Counted from the stretch's first letter, positions 12,224 through 27,860 are shown. The stretch: DNA of 64,000 nt from Eledone cirrhosa (GCA_964016885.1 OZ024742.1:28396001-28460000); one strand, 5' to 3'. The notes: generated by a model not told the origin, from the sequence alone. Program-made: numbers and translations.

Positions 12224-12609
12224 GGAGTCACATGGCTTAGTGGTTAGAGCATTGGACTTGCAATCGAAAGCTTGTGAGTTCAATTCTCAGACCGGGTGAT
12301 GTGTTGTTTCCTTGAGCAAGACACTTTATTTCACATTGCTCCAGTTTACTCAGCTGTAGAAATGAGATAATAGGGACTAGGGTCCCTATCATTCCACTGC
12401 AAAGTGGTCGTGGAGGTGCCACGGCAAAAAAGCACCCAGCCCACACTATAAATTGGACGTGTAGACGCCACGGAAAAAAAGCACCCAGCACTCACTGTAA
12501 ATGAGGTTGGTGTTAGGAAGGGCATCCAGCTGTAGAAATCAAGCCAAAATCAGTTCCTGTCCCACCCTTGCAAGCAGTGAAAAGCGGATGTAAAAGGATG
12601 ATGATGATG
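12224..12609 (+). mobile_element. SINE family A: tRNA head, CORE-like domain, RTE-derived 3' tail
   Basis: A box TGGCTTAGTGG, B box GTTCAATTC, ccttgagcaagacacttta...cagctgtagaaatg, then the RTE 3' UTR module and (TGA)n. Confidence 0.9.
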
Positions 12610-15600
12610 TAAAATTGAGGGATTTGCTGTGTATTCTAATTTTTTGTGTATGAGGGAGCCCCCAAAACTGAAGAGCTCTTGGCCCCCCAACTCTGCCGTC
12701 ATGGTCTGAGATGATGATTCACAACCACCCATCCTGATTTTTATTTTCCATATTTGATATGGTTTCTATAGCTAGATGCCCTTCTTAACACCAACCTCCT
12801 TATAAGTTATACTGGTTGCATTTGTCTTAACACCATGACTTAACACATTACAGCGATGACAGAGTGCATTTTATCATGACACCAACACAAACACTTTCAG
12901 GGTGTATTGTCACATGCCTAGGTCAGACTGAGGTGTTCTATCAAACCTTACATTATCACCATTTGATTGCCAAACACGGTGGTCTTTGGTCACTTACCAC
13001 ATTTACTTTTAGTGTTGCAAGTATTTTGTATTATGGCATATCACCAGTCAGCTCCTGTGTCATCTCTATTGTAGAGTTTGTTGTATTATGTCATATCACC
13101 TGTGAACCCAGTCCTGGGTTGTTTTGTATATCGTTGCTGTTCTTGTTCTTACTCGTGTTGTTGTTACTGAGTTGCGTTGTATACACTGTGTTGCATATAT
13201 TGTGGTATATACATGTTGTTGTATAGATTATATTGTATACATTGTAGTATATATATTATATTGTATGCTGTTGTATATATTTTGTTGAATATATTTTGTG
13301 TATATATATATATATATATACACTGTATTCTGTGGTATACATTTTGTTGTATATATGAATCTTGTTGTATAGATTGTGATAAATACATTGTGTTGTATAC
13401 ACTCTGTTGTATATATGTTGTATAGATTGTGGCATAAATATATGTATGTTGTATAGATTGTGTTATATATCTGTTGTATACATTTTGTTGTATATATGTT
13501 GTGAAGATTGTGATATACACATTGTATTGTGTAAACATTGTGTTGTATACACTCTGTTGTATATATATATATTGTATAGATTGTGTTATATAAAGCTAAA
13601 ATGTGTTTTCTGGTGTTTGTATTGTGTTTTATCCATTCTAAATTGTATGTAGTGTAATGATAACTCCATCAAAAGATTGCTATCTTACAATACTAAAGTT
13701 AGTTTCTATAATGGTTTGTATATATGTTTTGCTTTGTAAATATATGTTTATATATACCTAAGAGTGTATATATATGTGTGTATATATGTCTATATATGTA
13801 TGTATATGAGAGTGTGTGTGCATTTCTCTGTGTGTAGATATATCTATGTGTGTATGTATATGAGAGTGTGTGCTTTTATGTATGAGTACAGATGTCTGTG
13901 TGTGTATATATATATATATGAGTGTGTGTGCATTTATGTGTGTATATATGTCTATATGTGTATGTATATATGAGTATGTGTGCATTTCTGTAGGTGTTAG
14001 ATATATCTTTGTGTGTATGTATATGTCAGTGTGTGTATGTGTATATATGTTAAGATATATCATGTGTGTATGTATGAGTGAGTGTGTGTGTATTTCTGTG
14101 TGTAGATATACCTGTGTATGTATGTATATGCGTGTACATTTATGTGTATGTATATATGTACACGTGTGTATATACTATATACACATCTGAGTGTTTCTGA
14201 GTGTTTCTGTGTGTATTTAGTTATTGTATATTTATAGTTAAAAGCATTAGGGTGTGAAAAATGTCATATACACACACACACATACACACATATATGCATA
14301 CATACATACAGACAGATACATATATGCATACATACATATACACAGATACACACAGATACACTACACACATAGAGGAGAAGGAAGAGGCAAATGAGAGATA
14401 GATAAGAGATAATGTTGCTAGGGTGTATATATATATCATCATTATTATTTTATATCTGTATGTATGTATATGTGTGTGTGTGAGAGAGAGTGTGTGTATG
14501 TTTGTGTGTGTGTGTGTATGTAGTGGATAAGAAACAAGAGCAGCTGTTTAATGCTTGTTTAATGCTGCATATAACTAATGATGCATGAATATATAGCTTG
14601 TTGTTGTTGTGGTGGTGGTGGTGATGGTAGTGTAGAAGTGGTGGCGGTGGTAGTGTAGAAGTGGTGGTGGTAGTGCGACAGCGGTGGTGGCCATGGTAAC
14701 ATTGGTGATGCTTATAAGTCCCAGGTATCTTATATCACCATCATCATCATTTTAATGTCCTCTTTACCCTGCTAGCAAGGGTTGGATGGGTTTACATACA
14801 CCAAGTTAGTACTGAAGAAGTAGCTACTGACCTCCCTAACAAGCCAGGGATCGGTCATCCTGCTTATGTATGTTCTCATGTTCTGTCTAGTGCAGAGAGA
14901 AAGTTGTCGGGCCTTTAATACAACTGAGAATCCTCCCAAACCTTTGTTTGGCAAGCTTTCTACAGCTGGATGCCCTTCCTCTCCCCAAACACCAGATAAG
15001 CTGTCATGACCTTGACATGGCTGAAGGCTCCTCCAGAATCTTATATGTATAGATATGTATGCTGCAAAGCTTGTTGTTTGATGCTCTAACAATACTGCTA
15101 ATCCACTACAATAACACAACCAATAATAATAATAGACATAAATGTAAATGTTTCTTTATATGTTTGCATGGTCTTCTGACTTCAGCTAACATAATAAGTA
15201 CTGTACCTAAGTTTTAAATTATTAAACCTCAAGTATTAAAGCTCAAAATTTACTGTTGTTGCAAGTTTTTATTGTTCTTCCATTACAAAGGCAATCTTGC
15301 CTTTTATAGATTAAATAATTCACTACACTACATGATCATAGAGTGGAGTTTATGGAGTATCCATTCATTGATTAAATTTTTTTTTTTAATCAGTTCAGGT
15401 TTGTGTCTGATCAAAGGTGCTGCGCTGGTCTAATTCAATTATATCTTTGCTTATTACAGTTTCATATCCAATCTTTGGTTCAATATATTGAGACTCATCA
15501 TTTTGTAGAGAATAAATGATATTATATTGAATTAAATAAACCCCAAGATGAAATATAATGGTACAAGTTTGTATCTTTTATTTGGCAAAAACTTATCCCA

Positions 15601-15611
15601 TTTGTATACTA

Positions 15612-15850
15612 TAATAATAATAATGAAAATGATTGTGTACAGTGCTCAAGTGCACTACAACTCATCAAAGGTGCATATATAGTACATAGAATATTGTACA
15701 AATGTCAAGAAAGTGAACAGTGTATGCGTCATGATGTACAGATACATACACATGCATGTGGGGGGGGGGGGGTATCAGGTGTAGTGTTGGCGAATTTTGG
15801 GAAGCATGGAAGTTTTGAAGGATGCAGTGTCCCGATAGCTAACAACTGAT
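15612..15850 (-). mobile_element. CR1 LINE 3' end
   Basis: Reverse complement of about 16250-16482. Confidence 0.8.
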
Positions 15851-16012
15851 GGAGATAGTTTCTATACATTATAAACATCATGTATACAGACATAGTTGCA
15901 CCAGAGGAGAGTGGCTCAAGGGGCCGTACGCCTGCTAGTATTATATATATGGTTTCTGATTTAGGCATTTTATATTATTGACACTGTAATGATGAAAAGC
16001 AAAGCTTAACCA

Positions 16013-16482
16013 TACTCTGAACGCCTTACTTCCCTGGGTATGGACACATTGAAGCTCTGGCATCTGGCAACTGACTTGGTAAACACAAAATTATTAACCA
16101 CCAAAATTAACAACCCTGAGTACCTTTTTGATTTCCATGTGTCTAACACATTTGGGCATGCCAACGAAGTCAGAAAACAGCACAGCTCCCGTGACTTTCA
16201 GAAACATCTTTTCATGCTCAGAGTTGCTGAAGCATGGAACAAACTACCTGCATCAGTTGTTCGCTGTCTAGACACTGCATCCTTTAAAACCTCCATGCTT
16301 CCTGAGATTCACCAACACTACACCAAATATTCCCCCTCCATACACATGCACACATGTATATCATGACTCATACACTGTTCACTTCCCTGACATTTGTATA
16401 TTATTCTATGTACTATACATGAACCTTTGATGAGTTGTAGTGCACCTGAGCACTGTACACAATGATTTCATTATTATTATTA
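16013..16482 (+). mobile_element. CR1 LINE 3' end (ORF2 C-terminus plus 3' UTR)
   Basis: YSERLTSLGMDTL...NTFGH...RVAEAWNKLPASVV...SFK matches the CR1 C-terminal signature; (ATT)n tail. Confidence 0.85.
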
Positions 16483-16844
16483 ACCATAGCAGGATTTGAA
16501 ATCAGAACATAAAGGCTTGTAATAATATGTTGCAAAGATGTCCGACGCTCTACCAAGACTGCCAATTCATTGCCCTCAATAATAATAATAACAATATTAA
16601 TGGTTTCTGATTTAGGCACAAGGCCAACAATTTTGTGGGGGAAGGGAAATCAATTAAATCGACCCGATTAAAGTAATGGGTGTTTATTTTATCGACCCCG
16701 TAAGGATGAAAGGCTAAGTAGTATTTCATATATGTGTAATAAATACATGTTAATGTATCTGTTAGCACCAGATCAGCTCTAATTAAATAAACCTATTATT
16801 TTAAACATTCCATCTGAAATGATTACATCTTTTTATGTATGAGC

Positions 16845-17350
16845 ATTGATCTGGTGCCAAAACAACAAACGCACTTAGTTCACCCTGTAAGGTGGTCATG
16901 TTGATGACACAACAAATGTATCCAATCCACCCTGTAAAAAGGTCATGTTGGTGCCACAATAAAAAGCATTCAGTTCACAATATAAAATGGTCATTTTGGT
17001 GCCACAACAAAAAAGCACAGTTCGCCCTGTAAGTTGGTCATGTTAGTGACACAACAAACGCACCCTGTTCACTCTGTAAAGTGCTCATGTTGGTGACAAC
17101 AATCTGTAAAGTGGTCATGTTGGTAACACAAGAAAAAGCACCCAGTTCACTCTGTAAAGTGGTTATGTTGGTGACACAACAAATTCACCCAGTTCACCCT
17201 GTAAGGTGGTCATGTTGGTGAAACAACAAAAAGCACCCAGTTCACCTTGTAAGGTTTTCATTTTGGTGAGACAATAAAAAGCACCCAGTTTGCTCTGTAA
17301 TGTGTTCAGTATTATGAAGCACATCCAGCCATAGAAACCAAGCCAAAACC
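16845..17350 (+). repeat. Minisatellite of about 47 bp x10 derived from the RTE/SINE A 3' UTR module
   Basis: Unit aaaagcacccagttcaccctgtaaagtggtcatgttggtgacacaac; ends in a degenerate RTE/SINE tail followed by (TGA)n. Confidence 0.8.
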
Positions 17351-17569
17351 AGATAATGATAATGATGGTGATGGTGATGGTGATGATGGTGATGGTGATG
17401 ATGATGATGGTGATGATGATGATGATGATGATGATGACAATGGTGAGGATGATGATGATGACAATGATGACGATGATGATGATGGTGATAATGATTATGA
17501 TGATGATGATGACGATGATGATGATGATGATGATGACAATGATGATGATGATGATGATGATGATAATAA

Positions 17570-18075
17570 TTGTTTCTACTTTTGGCACAAGGCCAGCAAT
17601 TGTCCCAGTGCATTACTGGTACTTTATTTTATCGACCCCGTAAGGATGAAAGGCAAAGTTAACCTTGGCGGGATTTGAACTCAGAATGGAAAGGGCCATA
17701 ACTCTATGCGTCAAAGCATGGCGTCCGACCCTCTAGCGATACTGCCAATCCACAATAATAATGATGATGATACCTGTTCGTTAGCACCAGGACAACTCTA
17801 AGAAGTTCTATTATTTAAAACCTGTAACAAATTGTATCATTTTTTTAAATTTTATGTATGATGATGATGAGAACATTTAGCTCTGCAGGTGGATTGGCAG
17901 TATCGGTAGAGAGTCGGACACCATGCTTTGAAGCATAGAGTTACGTCCCTTTATGATCTGAGTTCAAATCCCGCCGAGGTTAACTTTGCCTTTCATCCTT
18001 ACGGGGTCGATAAAATAAAGTACCAGTAATGTACTGGGTAATTGCTGGCCTAGTGCCAAAAAATAGAAACAATAA
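17570..18075. mobile_element. Two SINE B copies head to head (- 17570-17752; + about 17888-18075)
   Basis: Closely similar inverted copies about 135 bp apart. Confidence 0.9.
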
Positions 18076-19361
18076 TGAAAGATTGTGTCAGGGCCATAGT
18101 CACATGACCTGCACTCAGTAGATGCAACATACAACTCATTCTCCCATTGGAAAGGTTAGTAGCACCAATTAAGTACTGACTTGACCACTGATACATTATT
18201 ATACAACATAGACTAGGAAAGATAAATGGACGTTAAATGAGGATGATGATGGAGATGGTGGAGGTGGTGGTAGTAGTGGGGATGATGGTGATGATGATGA
18301 TGATGAGGATGATGAGGATGGTGGAGGTGGTAGTAGTGGGGGGGGGGGTGATGATGGTGAGGATGATGGTGATGATGATGGTGGTGATGATGATGATCCC
18401 TCCTAGATCTGAAGCGAGTGCTTCTATTTCTAGCATGTTGAGTGACTACCAAGTAGTACACCTGTAGCAATGATAACAGCAGCAGCAACAGCAGCAGTAA
18501 AGTATGTTATTGATGGGGTGAGTGGGAGGTATAGAAAGAGAGGAGACATACATATAGGGGGAGTGAGGAAAAGAGTGTAAAATGATAAGGTGGTGGTGGT
18601 GATGATGGCGGTGGTGATGTTGGTGATTATGGTGGTTGTGGTGGTGATGATGTTGGTGGTAGTGGTGTTGGTGTTGGTAGCTGTGTTGGTAGTGGTGGTG
18701 GTGGTGGTGATAGTGGTGGTGATAGTGGTGGTGGTGATAGTGGTGGTGTTGGTAGTGGTGTTGGTGGTGGTGATAGTGGTGGTTATGGTGACAGTGGTGG
18801 TAATGATGGTGGTGGTGATAGTGGTGGTGATGGTGGTTGTGGTGATAGTGGTGGTGGTAGTAGTGGTGTTGGTGGTGGTGTTGATAGTGGTGGTGGTGGT
18901 GATGGTGGTGGTGTTGATAGTGGTGGTGGTGGTGATGGTGGTGGTGTTGATAGTGGTGATTATGATGGTTGTGGTGGTGATGATAATGGTGTAATGGTGG
19001 TGGTGTTGTTGTTGATGGTTGTGTGTATTTATTACTGAGGTAAGTGTGAGTTATAGAAAGAGAAAGAAGGGGAGAAGTAAATATATATATAGGGGGAAAG
19101 GGTGAGTGAGAAAGAAGAGGAGTAAATATATATCTATATGGGGGGGGGGAAGAGTGTAAGCCGATAAGGTGGGGGTGATGGTGGTGGTATGAGTGGAACC
19201 ACTTCAGAGATTTGCTATCAATAAATGAAGAAGTGGAAATCTCATCTCTCTTGCATTGTTTATGATGACAATAAAGTGGTACTGTACACACATACATGTG
19301 TATATATACACTATATATGTATATATATATATACACATATATATATACTATATATATATAT

Positions 19362-19397
<36 letters not shown>

Positions 19398-19683
19398 TAT
19401 ATATACGCTATATATATATATATATATATATATGCTATATATATATATATATACTATATATACGCTATATATATATATATATACACTATATATATATATA
19501 TATATATACACTATATATATATATATATATACACTATATATATATATATATATATACACTATATATATATATATATATATACACTATATATATATATATA
19601 TATATATATACACTATATATATATATATATACACTATATATATATATATATAAATATATATATATACACACTATATATATACA

Positions 19684-19733
<50 letters not shown>

Positions 19734-20012
19734 TATATATACACTATATATATATATAAATATATATACTATATATATATATACACTATATATATATATA
19801 TACACACTATATATATACACATACACACAGACATATATATGTACATACATACATCCACTGGGATATATATAGACATGTATATGTGCATTTGTATGTGTGT
19901 GTATGTATATGTATACTTATATACACAACCCACATAACACACCCATATAGTAAATATCATTTACATTCAACATATGCATACATATATATATATATACATA
20001 TACACATATGTG

Positions 20013-20118
<106 letters not shown>

Positions 20119-22502
20119 TATATACACACATATGCATATATATATACACATATACATATATACACAGATATAAACATATATATATATATACACATATACA
20201 TACAGACATGTATATATGTATGTATAATACATGTGTGTGTGTATGTGTGTGCTAAATCTTCCTACTCCACTTTACTACCACCACCCCCACCATCACTTCA
20301 GTTCTCATTACATTAATCCATTCTGGTGGCTCTCATCAAATTTTAATTGTAAACTATACACACACTATATTCTACATCTCTCTCTCTCTCTCTCTCTCTC
20401 TCTGTTCATTGACTACACAAACACATGTATCACACATATCACATGTACGAACACATGCTCATACACGCATGCACACACACAAACACACACACACACACAA
20501 ACACAAGTACATACCCAAACAGAAAATGAACATTGTCAAACATAACACAGACAGACAGACAGACACAAACATACACACAGACACACAATACATATATAGA
20601 CAGGAAAGGCTGGTGTTAGAAATAGCATCTACCCATAGAAACCATGCTAAATATGGAGCATACTTGGAAGTTATAGTTCTCCAATCTTGAGCAAGTGTCA
20701 TTTACCATTGCTTCACTTCAACATATACCTTGTGATTCAAATTTGGGCAGACAGAAACTGTTTAGAAGTCCATCAAATTGACTCTACCTGTAGTTAATTC
20801 AAAGAGCCAGCCCTCTCACACACTCAGCTTTGCTGAATCTCTCTGAGAATTATGTTGACCCTTTTGTTTCCAATCTACTCCAAACCACCTCTGGTTCTAT
20901 GACACAAAGCCACCCATTTTCAATGGGTTCCTATCTAACCATTTTGTTACCAACCTGCTCCAAAACATCTATGTTTCTATGACAAAAAAATTCACCCATT
21001 TTAACCCTTTAATATATTGTTACAGCTGATGTTGGTGGGGCTCCCCACTGCAGGGGGATCAGGGCAATTTCCCCCTTTTACCCACAATAAATCTGGTGCT
21101 GGTAGGAGGCGCAGATGAGTTATGGTTATGTTAAAACTGAATAAGCAATGAAATCATTTCTTACAATTTGGTCTTGTGAGTGCTGATGGCACGAAAAATG
21201 TACACAGTCCACACTGTAAATTAGTTGGTGATAGGAAAAGCATCCAGCTAGAAAAACCCTGCCAGAAAAACCCTGCCAAAAAATAATAACAGTATGACAA
21301 ATATAACTCCCACAAGTTGCCTATACAGGGCTAACACTAGTCATGGAAGGAATTCCCGGTAGAGGTAAACAAAGAAAGACCTGGGCAGAGGTGATGACAA
21401 GGGATCAGGATGTGTGAAGAGATGTTGCGCTGAGAAGGACCCATCCAACCCATGCAAGCATGGAAAAGCAGACGTAAAATGGTGAGGATGATGATGATTA
21501 TGATGACATAGATGGGTATACAAATTCATGGTACTCAATCTTAAAACAAAGTCGGTTGTGTCTCAGATATCGTGTACACAATTTTGTAAAATAACTAAAT
21601 TTCAAAATATTTTCTGAAACAGAATTAATATAACTTAATTATTTAGCAAAGGTTTTGTCTTGTAGAACTCTAATGCTTATCATTATGGTGATTTCTTCAT
21701 ATCAACTCCCGGCTAAATATTATGTATGTCACCAGAAAGACATTGTGAATACTAGTTTGAAGAATAACTAAATTTTGAAATATTTTCTACTGTAATATAT
21801 GAAATAAAATTAAATATAACATAATTATTTAGTTTAGCATTTGTCTCTTAAAACTTTCCTGCTTGTCATCACAATGGTTTCTTCTTATCTACTGAACAGT
21901 AAATCTATCATCACAAAGACATTGTATAAACTACTCTTGCTGAGTACAAGATCTGTCAACAAAGCGCCATCATGTATATATTTTTGTGGAATAACTGAAT
22001 AAATAGATTTTTAAAAGTTTATAACTAAATCTTTACATATTTTCTAAATACAAATATGATAATTCCAGCATGGCAGCTTGACACACCACATGAATTATTC
22101 ACCTGAGAAAACTGAAAGTAACAGAGTTGTATTGAAGTTGATCAAATAAAATAAATAGTTTATATTATATTTTTTCTTAAGTTCCTTACTTCTATTAACT
22201 TATACTTATATATGATACAATATAATATATATATATATAACCAAAAATTTATATGGTTCGTTGATTATTCAACGAATTCAATTTTACAATAGATTAGAAG
22301 CACTCGACAAAGTGATATATATATATATCATCATTACCGTTTAATGTCCATTTTCCTAACTAGCATAGGTTAGATGTGTTGTTCCAGTGTGAGATAAATC
22401 AGATCAGACGGCCATGTTTTGCACATACTCAACCATTTCTGGGTTGCTTTCTATAGCTGGAAGCCTTTCTTAAGGCCAACCAACTTTACAGTGATGATGA
22501 TG

Positions 22503-23124
22503 ATCATCGTCATCATCATCAACGTTTAACGTCCGTGTTCCACGCTTGCATGGGTTTGGACGGGGGTAGTCCCACTTGAGGCAAGAGTGATTGTCTTGCT
22601 CGCATAGGACTGTCTGGCAGGTTTTCTACAGTTGGATGCCCTTCCTAAAACCAACCACATTTACAGTGTGGGTCTGGGAGGTTTTTACCGTGTTGCCTAC
22701 ACGGCCACATTACAGCGTGGACTGTGTGTTTTTTTGTTGTGACACCTACACGATCTCATTTGTTTCGGCCTGGATGGCGCGGCACCAACATAACTTTACA
22801 TAGAACGGGGTGGTGTGGATGGGGTGGGGGTGGTAGTGGTGGGACGGGGTGTATTTTGTTAGAGATGCCTACTGGCAAGGCCGGTCTTCTCTGTTACTGA
22901 GTACCGCCAAAGGTCTCGGTCCAGTGACATTGTCTTGGAGAGGTGTAAGTGTGTGAGGTCGGAGTTTATCAGCTCGTCCCAGGTTTTTCTAGGTCTGCCT
23001 ATTCCATGGCTACCGTCTATCTTTATTGCCCTGCACTTTGTTATACAGCTATCGACTTTCATGCGCATCACGTGTCCATACCAACGTAGCCTTCTCTCGA
23101 GTAAACAACATCTGATCCCTCTTA

Positions 23125-23131
<7 letters not shown>
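22503..23131 (-). mobile_element. RTE LINE 3' portion, 5' end abutting (TA)n
   Basis: Near-identical to 39450-40075. Confidence 0.95.
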
Positions 23132-23164
<33 letters not shown>

Positions 23165-24414
23165 AAGTGTGTGTGTGTATGTGTGTGGTTTTTCAAAGGA
23201 CTAACTACATATAATTTTAAAACCTGATAGCGTAATCAGATTCACACATTAAAGTAGTGCCAGAGAGTACTCCAACTTTCTAACACAATTTTTGGGGAAA
23301 ATGAGATGACAGAATATTATATGTCACCATAACCTGGAACTTCGGAGACAAATATTATTACATTTCACAGGAGTGCAATGCACACACTGACTACACTTAG
23401 TGAATAAGAATAGATTCAAATGGGGTTTTGTCAATATAATTAAATGCACATGGTGGAAAAATCTGAGTAGCTATGGTGTTAACCACCAGCTTTTTTACAA
23501 GTCTATACACTAAAAATATGTCAATCTATATACACATTTATGCATTCATGGTTACTTCTATTCTGTATATATACAGATATAACTTTATCATACACATCAG
23601 CTATTTAACACACAATATATATTAATTATCTACCAGCATGAACACTAAAAATATGCAAATTAATATATACATTTGGGGACACTTCTATAAGTGAGAGGAT
23701 ATATAAGTCCCTCTATTTTGTATGTTCTTCTGGTCATTTAGGTGATGCAAATATCTTCATATATATATATATATATTATATATATGCAAGGGTTGGAGTA
23801 TATATACTCCAAACTATACAAACAAGAAAAGCGGACATAAAAGCGATGATGATGATATATATGGAATAGACTTCCTTTGGTCAATGATACTATAACCTGT
23901 TTATGAAATTAACATACACATGGCTGAGCATTCTTCAAAGATGTGTCCCCTATATGTAATATTTAATGAAATTTAGACAGATACAGTTTGTGGTAAAGCT
24001 GGTCCTTTGAATTACAGGTATAGTCCATTCAATCGTCTTCAACACAGACTCCCTATACATGCAATTTCACCCCGATTGCATGAGATGACTTGGGGTCATT
24101 TTAAAAAAATACTTGCTTAAGACAACATGTAATGGAATTGAACTGGATATTTAATGATTGGGAAGCAAGATCAAAGGAGCAGAGACCAAAGTTGTCACTG
24201 TAGTGGAGACAGAGAGTGTACACAGCTCAGCAACAGACATGTATATAACATCATTAATGTGCATATGTACATATATGTATATAGATGTGTGCCTGTATGT
24301 GTGTATATATATTTATGTGTATTTATGTATGTACATATCTAGCTCTCTCTCTACACATACACACACATGTATTTATGTATGTATCGAGCTCTCTCTCTCT
24401 CTACACACACACAC

Positions 24415-24467
<53 letters not shown>

Positions 24468-24499
24468 TATACACAGATATTATATATTTATATACACAC

Positions 24500-24544
<45 letters not shown>

Positions 24545-25771
24545 CACACACAGAGTGATACATATAACAATCTACTAAAGTTGTTCTCTATCTCATCACT
24601 GTTCAGGCTGTTGTTACTGTCTCATAAATTTAAAAATAGATATAGATAGATAACCATAACCATAATAGAAGCATTAAGAATAACGAATATAATAATAACA
24701 ATAATAATAATAAATAATATAGTGAAAATGTAAAAAAAAATGTAAAAAAATGTAAAAAAAATGTTTAAAAAATGTAAAATAAAAGTAAAGTAAATGTAAA
24801 AAGTGTAAAAAGAAAAAAGAATTTGTCCAGGTTTCACAGATGTTGTCATAGAAACATAAAACACAAGGTGTCAATATTTATGAAGATTCGTTAATTAGTC
24901 TATAAAAAATTATCAATAACTGAAATTTTTGGGGAAAAAAATATTGATTGATGTTTTGTGGAAGGGGAAGGGCTTTTTATTTTTTTTCGTTTTGTATGTT
25001 TTATTTTTTAAATTTTTTTTGTGTTTCTTTGATTATTTTTTTTCTTTGGAAATTTCTATTCTTTCCCCTGTTTCTTCTGATCTCCATCTCACTAAATCTT
25101 AACTTCTCTCTTTCTTTGACTCAGCCTCTTTCTCTCTCTGCTATATACATATGTATATTTGTGTGTGTGTATATATATGTGTGTGTGTGTTTGTATGTAT
25201 ATATATGTATAGGTATATATGTGTGTGTGTGCATAAATATGTATAAATATATGTATATATATATATCATTATATGAATATATATATATATCATTATATGA
25301 ATATATATATATATATATATATGAATAATAATAAAATATAAATGAATAATAAAAATATATATATATGAATATATATATATATGAATATATATATATATGA
25401 ATATATATATATATATGAATATATATATATATATGAATATATATATATATATATATATGAATATATATATATATATGAATATATATATATATATATGAAT
25501 ATATATATATATATATGAATATATATATATATATATGAATATATATATATATATGAATATATATATATATATGAATATATATATATATATGAATATATAT
25601 ATATATATATGAATATATATATATATATGAATATATATATATATATGAATATATATATATATATGAATATATATATATATATGAATATATATATATATGA
25701 ATATATATATATATATGAATATATATATATATGAATATATATATATATATATGAATATATATATATATATA

Positions 25772-25809
<38 letters not shown>

Positions 25810-25880
25810 TATATATATATATGAATATATATATATATGAATATATATATATAAATATATATATATATGAATATATATAT

Positions 25881-25949
<69 letters not shown>

Positions 25950-26061
25950 TATATATATATATGAATATATATATATATATCTATATATGAATATATATAT
26001 ATATATCTATATATGAATATATATATATATATATATATATGAATATATATATATATATATA

Positions 26062-26126
<65 letters not shown>

Positions 26127-26291
26127 ATATGTATATATATATGTATAAATGTGTGTGCATATATATTGTTATATGACTATATATATGCATAAATGTATGT
26201 GTATATATATCATTTTATAGATATATATATATATGAATATATATATGTGTGTGTGTATATATATATATGTATGTATGTATGTATGTGTATG

Positions 26292-26387
<96 letters not shown>

Positions 26388-27687
26388 AGAGGGAGGGAGA
26401 GAGAGGGGGGGAGGGGGATATAAACACCTACACACACATACACACACATACACACACATACACACACATACATAAACATGTGTCTGTATGAATGAATGTC
26501 TCTCTGTCTCTTCCTTTTCAAGATTTATTGAAGTTAGTTCATTCTAAATTAAAACTGTGCGTATATGTCTGTGTAAATGTGTGTGTGTTCCCATATGTAT
26601 GTATGTTACAATATGTGTGTATGTATATGTATGTGTTCTCATATGTTGCAATGTGTATATATGTATATGTTTGTGTTCTCATATGTATGTATATGTGTGT
26701 ATGTATTCTAATATGTATGTATATGTGTGTATGTATTCTAATATGTATGTATATGTGTGAATTTATTCTAATATGTATGTATATGCGTGTATGTATTCTC
26801 ATATGTATGTATATGTGTGTATGTATTCTAATATGTATGTATATGTGTGTATGTATTATCATATGTATGTATATGTGTGTATGTATTCTCGTATGTATGT
26901 ATATGTGTGTGTGTATTCTCATATGTATGTATATGTGTGTATGTAATTAAGAATGTGTGTGTATATGTTCTCATATGTATGTGTTGCAATATGTGTGTAT
27001 GCGTGTTTTATGATGTGTACAACTCCATTTATGTAAGTATATATTTGAGATACTATGTGTATTACGATATAAGTGTATGTATGTGTTTTAGTATACGTAT
27101 TACTGTATGTATGTATGTCTTTTAGTATACGTATTACTGTGTGTATGTATGTGTTTTAGTATACGTATTACTGTGTGAATGTATGTGTTTTAGTACACAT
27201 ATTACTGTGTGTATGTATATATCTATGTAAGTATGTATGTATTAATTTCTGTAGTTCTAAAAAGCCAGACAAGATGTTGCCAGGATCTTTAACAGCTGTC
27301 TCTTGACTAATTACAAAATAAAATTTTATAATGCTCCCCCCGCCCCCTCACACACACATAGACTCTCTCTCACACACACACACAAACTCATACATATACA
27401 GACGCAATTTGGATACCACAAGATTCATTAGCAGTATAGAAAGGTTTAATGAGGAAGTGACTTATTAGTGTATTGCCTACCTCTCAAACAGGAGGGTCAT
27501 GGCAGGATTTTAAACCTAACTTTACTGTAATTTTAGGAGTATATAATAGAGTTGGGGTGTAAAGAATTAAGGTTAGTGCTATTTAAAGGTTTATAAGATT
27601 GCTGTTACATCTATATACACATCAACGTATAAAAATGCCCAGATGTATATATTCATTTATACACACAAGGTCTTTAATGTATTATTG

Positions 27688-27860
27688 GTGGATTGGCAGT
27701 ATCGGTAGAGCGTCGGACAGCATGCTTTAACGCATAGAGTTACGGCCCTTTATGGTCTGAGTTCAAATCCCGAGGTTACCTTTGCCTTTCGTCCTTATGG
27801 GGTCGATAAAATAAAGTACTGGGTAATTTGCTGGCCTTGTGCCAAAAGTAGAAACAATTA
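27688..27860 (+). mobile_element. SINE family B
   Basis: Homology to 4035-4219. Confidence 0.9.

Noticed and set aside
12224-12300. tRNA genes at SINE heads
   Set aside because: A/B boxes are present, but no complete cloverleaf was seen and each runs into a SINE body.
26523-27306. Two small phase-compatible plus-strand exons ending in a stop and AATAAA
   Set aside because: Weak splice sites, very short, and no recognisable peptide; expected by chance.
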